Positions 50,471-55,920 of a stretch of 55,920 bases of DNA are shown here, piece after piece. Under the pieces are notes generated by a model. That model did not search any database. It worked only from the letters and a program-made list of their open reading frames with translations, and was not told the DNA's origin. Position 1 is the first letter of the stretch, and the number at the start of each line of letters is the position of its first letter. A program made the position numbers and the translations under genes. Where the stretch lies: IMG/VR virus record IMGVR_UViG_3300006143_000014, positions 1-55,920 of that record; one strand, 5' to 3'. The DNA comes from a virus.

Positions 50471-50907
50471 AATCTCCTCCTGGCATATTCAGCCATCAGC
50501 AACGCCTCCGCCATCCCGTCATGGTCTCTTTTGCAGCGGTCTGTCCGGCGCAGAGAGACGCCAGGGAACAGCCGCTTGCACACAGCAATGGAGCTGTTCT
50601 TGTCGCCAGTGATCTGAAATTCTTTCTTCCACTTCTGCGGCGTAACAAGCTCATAGGGAATGGCATAGGCCGTCAGCAGGCCCTGAATGAACCCAAAATT
50701 CTCCCCAAATTTAAACATGGAGGTCACGCCCTGCCCAGGCATGGATCCGACGCGTTCCAAGCAGCATTTCATAGCATCACCCTGCCACCGCGAAAAAACG
50801 CCTTTGTAGGTATCCGGTTCAAATGTCCATATTTCTGGAATCGTTTCATTGTTCCAGAGAAGCGCCATCGCCCCGTCCTTTCCAGGGTCTATGCCTATGT
50901 AAATCAC
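50467..50907 (-). CDS. RuvC-like Holliday junction resolvase, copy 2
   Basis: IYIGIDPGKDGA and DHDGMAEALLMA motifs. It is the last gene of the replication/recombination module. Confidence 0.8.
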   Translation of the reverse strand: MIYIGIDPGKDGAMALLWNNETIPEIWTFEPDTYKGVFSRWQGDAMKCCLERVGSMPGQGVTSMFKFGENFGFIQGLLTAYAIPYELVTPQKWKKEFQITGDKNSSIAVCKRLFPGVSLRRTDRCKRDHDGMAEALLMAEYARRRL

Positions 50908-51623
50908 TTCTCCGCGCCCTCCTCTCCTCCATGATTTTTCTCAAGCCATTCATCCAGCCAGTCGGCGTTTTTCTGGATGCGCTCGGTATCCGGTTGAAAA
51001 TTAGGCTGGACGTTCTGTTTACCCGACCGCTTCTTTTCTCCCGCTTCCCAGTCCGCAAGACACGTTACGCCTTTAGCCTGCTTGTCCCGCAATATGGCAC
51101 GAATGTAAGGCCATGTGGCCTTTTTTGCATCCAGAGCGATGTCAAAGGCGCGTTTGCACACCGCCTCCCCCATCGTCTCGGCAAAAGAGGCCAGCTCATC
51201 CAGACAGTTTTGCGAGGCGGTCGGATTAATGCGGTCCAGAAAATCAGCACACACGGCGGCCACAACGGCGTTGACGGGCGTTTTCTTTGCCCCTCCCCCG
51301 TCAGGGGGAGGGGTTTCTTGATTTCCTTTTCCCTTTCCCTTTCCTTTTGTGGACGGTTGTTGGCGGTCGTCATCGACCGTTGTCGCCTGTTGACGGTTGT
51401 TTCTGTTCGTTTCGCACTTCTTGCAATACGCCTCTTTCGCCCGGTCAATATCCACCGCAATAAAGTCAAACGCTACGCTTTCCCGTCCCGTAAGTTCCTG
51501 CGTCTCTCCGGTCTCGTTATACTTTGCGAGTGCCCGTACAAGCCGCCCTACCTCTTGATCTGAGAGCTTTGCCAACCTTTTGCAGTAGCTGTTATACCAG
51601 GGAAAATACTCTAATTCCGCCAC
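50904..51623 (-). CDS. DnaD-domain replisome organizer / replication initiation protein
   Basis: The C-terminal ...MGEAVCKRAFDIALDAKKATWPYIRAILRDKQAKGV pattern matches DnaD/DnaB_2 domains. Confidence 0.7.
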   Translation of the reverse strand: MAELEYFPWYNSYCKRLAKLSDQEVGRLVRALAKYNETGETQELTGRESVAFDFIAVDIDRAKEAYCKKCETNRNNRQQATTVDDDRQQPSTKGKGKGKGNQETPPPDGGGAKKTPVNAVVAAVCADFLDRINPTASQNCLDELASFAETMGEAVCKRAFDIALDAKKATWPYIRAILRDKQAKGVTCLADWEAGEKKRSGKQNVQPNFQPDTERIQKNADWLDEWLEKNHGGEEGAEK

Positions 51624-51635
51624 AGAAACACCGCC

Positions 51636-52070
51636 TCAGAACGGCAGATCGCCGTCGTCGTCCGTCAGCTCGGCGAACTGGTCGCCAGCGGACGGAACGC
51701 CGTAATCTGCGGCAGGCGCGGCGGGCGAGCCGCCGGCCCCCTCCCGCTTGGCGTCGCCGAAGTAGATGTTGCTGGCCACCACCTCCGCGGAGGTGCGCCG
51801 GTTGCCGTCCTTATCGGTCCAATCCCGCATTTGCAGCCGCCCCTCCACCACGGCCAGACGGCCCTTGCTGAGATACTTGGCGGCAAATTCGCCCGTGGAG
51901 CGCCAAGCCGCCACGTCGATCCAGTCTGTCTGGCGCTCGCCGGTGCTCTTGTTCTTGAAATCCCGATCAACCGCCAGCGAAAAGTTGGCCACAGGCGTGC
52001 CGCTCTGCGTGTGGCGCAGCTCGGGATCGCGCCCGAGGCGGCCCATAATAACGATATGGTTCAAGCTCAT
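51636..52070 (-). CDS. ssb: Single-stranded DNA-binding protein
   Basis: MSLNHIVIMGRLGRDPELR is an OB fold. Acidic tail DDDGDLPF. Confidence 0.95.
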   Translation of the reverse strand: MSLNHIVIMGRLGRDPELRHTQSGTPVANFSLAVDRDFKNKSTGERQTDWIDVAAWRSTGEFAAKYLSKGRLAVVEGRLQMRDWTDKDGNRRTSAEVVASNIYFGDAKREGAGGSPAAPAADYGVPSAGDQFAELTDDDGDLPF

Positions 52071-52084
52071 ATAACGCGCCCCTC

Positions 52085-52270
52085 CTACTTAGAACACCAC
52101 GTGCCATCGATCGTTCTCATGCTCTTGAGCGGGCAAAGCTGTCCGTGGTAACTTGGGGTAATAGACACTTCCTCCTCGTTGATGAAAATTGAAACCGAGG
52201 TTGCGCCAGGGAACATCTTGATCGCATCGGCCCGCAATAGTGCAATGTAGTCATTCATCATCTCGCTCAT
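52085..52270 (-). CDS. Hypothetical protein, 61 aa
   Basis: ORF coupled into the early operon. Confidence 0.5.
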   Translation of the reverse strand: MSEMMNDYIALLRADAIKMFPGATSVSIFINEEEVSITPSYHGQLCPLKSMRTIDGTWCSK

Positions 52271-52419
52271 TGTGGTTCCCTCCTATACTCAATGTAAATC
52301 ACGGTCTTGTTCCCATCCTTCCGCCTCCACTGGCGGATGGTATCCCCAGTGTGGCAAAGTGCCAGGCAAACTTCGTCCCGTTCAGCGGGAGTAGCTATAT
52401 CAAGGGGTATCCAGTCCAT
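52267..52419 (-). CDS. Small hypothetical protein, 50 aa
   Basis: ATG at 52419 lies behind AAGGAGG. MDWIPLDIATPAERDEVCLALCHTGD.... Confidence 0.4.
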   Translation of the reverse strand: MDWIPLDIATPAERDEVCLALCHTGDTIRQWRRKDGNKTVIYIEYRREPQ

Positions 52420-52750
52420 CAGTGGCCTCCTTGTCCATCTTTGCACCGCAGTTGGGGCAGTAAGGGGAAAGCAGATCATCCCCATTGCAAAGTCTTTGCG
52501 CTGCATCGTGGCACACAGAGCACTCAAATTTGTCTGCAAACGGGATGAAATCCCCAGCTTCATCCCAACTTATCCACCACCCATGCACCACCGGGGCAAC
52601 ATCGGCGGCGGGAAGCGTTTCTAGTTCATCTTGTAACGATTGAAGTTCGTGTGGCGTGATGAATCTGTCCTCGACAAAGCCAGTGGCCATCAAGTGCGCT
52701 ATAGCGTCAACCGCTTTATTACGTTCAATGTATTCAGCCATTCCTGTCAC
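52400..52750 (-). CDS. Hypothetical protein with C-terminal zinc ribbon, 116 aa
   Basis: CSVCHD...CPNCG. A GTGA overlap joins it to the RecT stop. Confidence 0.55.
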   Translation of the reverse strand: MTGMAEYIERNKAVDAIAHLMATGFVEDRFITPHELQSLQDELETLPAADVAPVVHGWWISWDEAGDFIPFADKFECSVCHDAAQRLCNGDDLLSPYCPNCGAKMDKEATDGLDTP

Positions 52751-53391
52751 TCCAATACAATCGTTGTCGTTGTTTTCTCGGGTTCCTCATACCCGCGCAC
52801 GTCCTGAACTTCCTCCACCGTCTGGATACCAAGCAAAACCTCGGGACAATGCGCACGGGCAAAAAAGCTGGCGGCACGGTACATCATCATCTGCCGGGGC
52901 ATGGTTTTCCACTTGCTACCGGACTTGTTAAGCCATCCCTCATCCTGTGCCATCCTCATGGTGATAGTTTCCGAAACACACTGTGCCCCACTTAAAATCC
53001 GTGTTGCCCTGGCAAAACACCCCTCTGATATCTGTCCGGGTTCGCCCACAAACACGTATTCCAGCGGCGTGAACTTCCCGCACCCGTTGATGGCCGCGGC
53101 GCAAAATGAGCCAGACCACGCGGGCTTGCCCTTCACCACATAGAGATTTTGCATAACCATCATAGGAGAAAGGCCCTGCCGATTCGCCAGGTCAATGGCA
53201 ATCAGGCAGTTCTCCGGACTGTTGCGGTAGTTGTCCGGGACAAGCCCGGATTTAGACAGCATTCCAGCGGTACGATAGGACAGGTTCATCATGCCCCGGT
53301 CATTCCACATGGTGAGGCCACCTGGAACGGGCGCTTGCGGCGCAAGGGAAAGCTGCTCCTGCAGCTCCTCGCTGTTCAATTCTTCAGGCAT
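52747..53391 (-). CDS. recT: RecT-family single-strand annealing protein
   Basis: MMVMQNLYVVKGKPAWSG...WKTMPRQMMMYRAASFFAR. It is paired with an upstream nuclease. Confidence 0.85.
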   Translation of the reverse strand: MPEELNSEELQEQLSLAPQAPVPGGLTMWNDRGMMNLSYRTAGMLSKSGLVPDNYRNSPENCLIAIDLANRQGLSPMMVMQNLYVVKGKPAWSGSFCAAAINGCGKFTPLEYVFVGEPGQISEGCFARATRILSGAQCVSETITMRMAQDEGWLNKSGSKWKTMPRQMMMYRAASFFARAHCPEVLLGIQTVEEVQDVRGYEEPEKTTTTIVLE

Positions 53392-53977
53392 TCTTCTTCC
53401 TCCGTTTCTTTTTTAGCGCGTTGTGCAAGGCGATCAACCCATCTGGCACTGCATCATCAAAATCAAACTCCTGCAGCTTGTAACTGCTGTCTTTTTTCAG
53501 ATGCAGGATATACAGCTTGTCCATCGGCATTCCATTTGCAGACAGCATCCGGCGGTATAAGTTCAACTGTGCGGAACACAGCGGCACGTGTATGGTGTAA
53601 CTGGTTTTGATATCCAGCAGAGTCAGCACGCCGTCAAGCTTTCCGTATCGGTCTATTGTGCCTGCATACCTATCCTTTGGGTGGTACGCCGAAAACTCGA
53701 TTTTTTCCCATTCCGCCGCGTGTTCTTGCCTAAATTTGAGATACGCCTGCACATATGGCAGTATGCTATCATCAACATCAACGGAGCCGTATTTGTCCAA
53801 CGCATCACAAGCCTTGTGCACCGCGGTGCCCCGTTCGGCTGCCTGGTCGATCCTCCACTGTGTTACGTCTGCGTAAATCTCCCTCGAAATAAACCGGCAC
53901 AGCTCAGACACACTGGGGAGCTCCTCCCCGTCCAGAGTGTATTTGTGGCCCTGGTCAAAAAACAATAGCGTTGCCAT
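53384..53977 (-). CDS. PD-(D/E)XK family exonuclease (RecE/YqaJ-like partner of RecT)
   Basis: GTIDRYGKLDGVLTLLDIKTS shows a D...D/E-x-K pattern. Synteny with recT supports the call. Confidence 0.7.
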   Translation of the reverse strand: MATLLFFDQGHKYTLDGEELPSVSELCRFISREIYADVTQWRIDQAAERGTAVHKACDALDKYGSVDVDDSILPYVQAYLKFRQEHAAEWEKIEFSAYHPKDRYAGTIDRYGKLDGVLTLLDIKTSYTIHVPLCSAQLNLYRRMLSANGMPMDKLYILHLKKDSSYKLQEFDFDDAVPDGLIALHNALKKKRRKKNA

Positions 53978-53986
53978 GCGCCCCTC

Positions 53987-54256
53987 CTAAGTACAAAGCA
54001 TCACTTCATAACCCATCATTTCCGCAATTTCGAAGATCGTGAAGTTTTCTTTTAAAATGGTTTGGAAGCAGTCAGCGCACCAGGTCTCCCCGCCGCCGTC
54101 TCCAAAACAGCGTTCAAAGCGATATATCCCCTGCCCGCACTTCGAGCATATATGGGACGGCTCCGGCTCGTTCTCCGTCCAGTTGACATCCGGCGGCTCC
54201 AATGGCTGTTCAGCCAGCTCAAAGCGTTGTCCCGCCATGTTGTAATAATAGCTCAT
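53987..54256 (-). CDS. Hypothetical zinc-binding protein, 89 aa
   Basis: CSKCG...CADC. Confidence 0.55.
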   Translation of the reverse strand: MSYYYNMAGQRFELAEQPLEPPDVNWTENEPEPSHICSKCGQGIYRFERCFGDGGGETWCADCFQTILKENFTIFEIAEMMGYEVMLCT

Positions 54257-54498
54257 TTTGACTCCTCTCGCTCCGGCACCGCCCCGATGATTTCAAAATT
54301 GAGCAGCCCAGCCTTGATGTGCTTGATTGCCTTTGCCATGTAATCACCTCATTTTGTGTCCGATTCGGGCACCGCTTCCTGTGGCCCGCGCCATTTCCAG
54401 CGCGGGCATTTGCATTTTCCGCCGCCGCGGGCAAGCACACCGAGTTCCGAGAGATGCTCACAGCCTGTCAGCTTACTGAGCGGTCCGGCCTGCTCCCA

Positions 54499-54786
54499 TC
54501 ACTTCCCGTGGACGCAGCACCAGCACAGGCCGCGCAAATCCTCTAACGCCGCGTCCAGCGCCTCAGACAGGGCGGTAATGGCGTCTGCGGCTGCTTCGAG
54601 CGTCGACGATTGGTCAAACTCCAAAAGACGCTCAGCCAGTCCCCTGAAAGCCATTTTCTGCGGTTCAGGGGTCAGCCCGTCATTGTCCTCGTCACCCCCC
54701 TCGACAGATACTAAGAAGTCAGATTTGGGACACAAAGTCGGACGGGCGCCCCACCCCAGGTCATTGAGCTTGACTTTTCTGCTCAT
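54499..54786 (-). CDS. Hypothetical protein, 95 aa
   Basis: ATG at 54786 lies behind GGAGGAGGAG, with an ATGA overlap. Confidence 0.5.
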   Translation of the reverse strand: MSRKVKLNDLGWGARPTLCPKSDFLVSVEGGDEDNDGLTPEPQKMAFRGLAERLLEFDQSSTLEAAADAITALSEALDAALEDLRGLCWCCVHGK

Positions 54787-55193
54787 GTCGTCTCCTCCTC
54801 CGGCCTGCGGCGGTAGGCCTGCCATTCTGTTCCGTAATCCTCAAAAGTTGCAGAATATACGCTGTTTGCAACCGTTTCGTCTTTAGCGTCAATCAACCCC
54901 CAAAATGGCGGAAGCAGATTATCCGTTTGAACCACCCACACCGGCTCCCCGTCCATCTCCCACAGCTCCTCCAAGGTCAGCGGGTCGTTGGGCGGCGGGA
55001 TCAGGGCCTGAACTTCCTCCGGCCCCAGCCCGGTATCCTCGTAGGCGGCAAGGCGGTCCCAAACAGCATCTTCCCATGGGCATCCTTCCGTACAACATCC
55101 GCCTAAAATCTGACATTCCGGCCCTGTGAAGTGCGTACAGCATACGCCCGGCAGTCCGCTTACCCTGGCTTCTCTTACTGTCAACCTCTCCAT
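54783..55193 (-). CDS. Hypothetical Cys-rich protein, 136 aa
   Basis: ATG at 55193 lies behind GAGGGAGGA. MERLTVREARVSGLPGVCCTHFTGPECQILGGCCTEGCPWED.... Confidence 0.55.
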   Translation of the reverse strand: MERLTVREARVSGLPGVCCTHFTGPECQILGGCCTEGCPWEDAVWDRLAAYEDTGLGPEEVQALIPPPNDPLTLEELWEMDGEPVWVVQTDNLLPPFWGLIDAKDETVANSVYSATFEDYGTEWQAYRRRPEEETT

Positions 55194-55357
55194 TTTCCGT
55201 CCTCCCTCATTCTGATTTGCTCCGGCTCCCGTACCTCCACCCGCAGCACCCGCACCTGGCCGCCCAGCGGCTCCAGCGCCAGGGCCCCGGCCTCTTTGTC
55301 GCCCAGATGATTGCCCCAAAAGTCCTCAACGGCCACGCTCAGCACCAGGCGGCTCAT
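55181..55357 (-). CDS. Small hypothetical protein, 58 aa
   Basis: ATG at 55357 lies behind GGAGGAGG. Confidence 0.35.
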   Translation of the reverse strand: MSRLVLSVAVEDFWGNHLGDKEAGALALEPLGGQVRVLRVEVREPEQIRMREDGKWRG

Positions 55358-55387
55358 GGGGCGGCCTCCTCCAGCTTGAGGCGATTT

Positions 55388-55564
55388 TCATCGCCAAAAA
55401 CAACAACCATTTTCCGCTCCACGCTCCGCCTCCCAATAGGGACAGACATCCTTCCGATTCACAAAGTCGTAGTAGCTGTCGCTGTCCCGGTTCCCGCAGA
55501 GAAGTCCACCCCCGCACTCCGGCCTGCGCCATTTACACGTGCCGCAGCACTTGCCCTCAATCAT
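55388..55564 (-). CDS. Small Cys-rich protein, 58 aa
   Basis: MIEGKCCGTCKWRRPECGGGLLCGN.... It overlaps the SLT stop. Confidence 0.5.
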   Translation of the reverse strand: MIEGKCCGTCKWRRPECGGGLLCGNRDSDSYYDFVNRKDVCPYWEAERGAENGCCFWR

Positions 55565-55920
55565 CGCAATCCCACCTTTCCGCCGCCGCCAAAACGGCCT
55601 GGGCATACGCCCGGCTTCCGGCGTCCCATCCCGCGTTGTACGCCGTCAGGGCCGCCGCCGTGTCGCCGTGCCGCTCCAGCAGTTCGCCCAAGAACCGCAT
55701 CCCGTGCCGGACGTTGTCCGCCGGGGACAGCCCCTCCGGGAAGTACCTCGGGTTGAGCTGGCACAGCCCATAGCAGCCCTCCGCGCTCACCGCATCCGCC
55801 TGAAAGCCGCTCTCCACCTCAATCACGCCCAGCGCCAGGCTCAGCGGCACGCCGTACTCCTCGCAGCTTTCCGCCAGCGCCTCGACCACGGGCTTGTCCA
55901 GCGGGACATCCGGCCCCGGC
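55557..55920 (-). CDS. Lytic transglycosylase (SLT domain), C-terminal catalytic part
   Basis: VIEVESGF, GLCQL and AYNAG motifs. It is continuous with 1..277 across the circular junction. Confidence 0.85.
   Translation of the reverse strand, partial: PGPDVPLDKPVVEALAESCEEYGVPLSLALGVIEVESGFQADAVSAEGCYGLCQLNPRYFPEGLSPADNVRHGMRFLGELLERHGDTAAALTAYNAGWDAGSRAYAQAVLAAAERWDCDD
55844..55920. repeat. Terminal overlap, identical to 1-77
   Basis: Direct comparison. Confidence 0.9.

Overview
The window is a complete, circularly closed genome of a temperate siphovirus-type phage or prophage. Its unique length is 55,843 bp, because nt 1-77 are identical to nt 55844-55920. The host is inferred to be a Gram-positive, Clostridia-like bacterium.

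Almost all genes are on the minus strand, in this order:
- A Cro-like early operon runs from 4961 down to 1 and wraps to 55843. It carries small ORFs, a hexapeptide-repeat protein, an SPFH protein, a G/S/D/Y-repeat protein and a membrane-anchored lytic transglycosylase split by the contig junction.
- Next come a PD-(D/E)XK nuclease, RecT, SSB, a DnaD-like organizer and a RuvC-like resolvase.
- A roughly 1.3 kb noncoding block follows, with tRNA-Met and tRNA-like elements.
- The structural genes are terS, then (about 6.5 kb further on) terL, portal, a Mu-F-like protein, scaffold, major capsid, connectors and major tail.
- They continue with a G/GT chaperone carrying an A_AAA_AAC slippery site, a 1456-aa tape measure, and tail tip and fibres with collagen-like, Kelch-like and discoidin-like parts.
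- An XhlA/holin/CHAP lysis cassette closes the late region.

The plus-strand lysogeny module holds a CI-like repressor, a zinc-ribbon/TM2 protein, a large serine integrase and a candidate attP.

The most interesting non-core content is:
1. A self-regulated, conjugative-element-like module (FtsK-like ATPase, Arc/RHH paralogs, wHTH protein, second RuvC-like copy) wedged between terS and terL.
2. A 4.2 kb accessory island (AntA, Rha, RHH, three TM2 paralogs) between the tape measure and the tail-tip genes.
3. A terminator-delimited post-lysis cargo operon of six low-complexity or Cys-rich proteins next to a sigma-region-4-like regulator.
4. Conserved hairpins bracketing the tape-measure gene, and a covarying post-ORF hairpin motif.
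5. tRNA-like genes with aberrant anticodon arms.

All functional calls rest on motif or family recognition by eye and on synteny. No searches were run.
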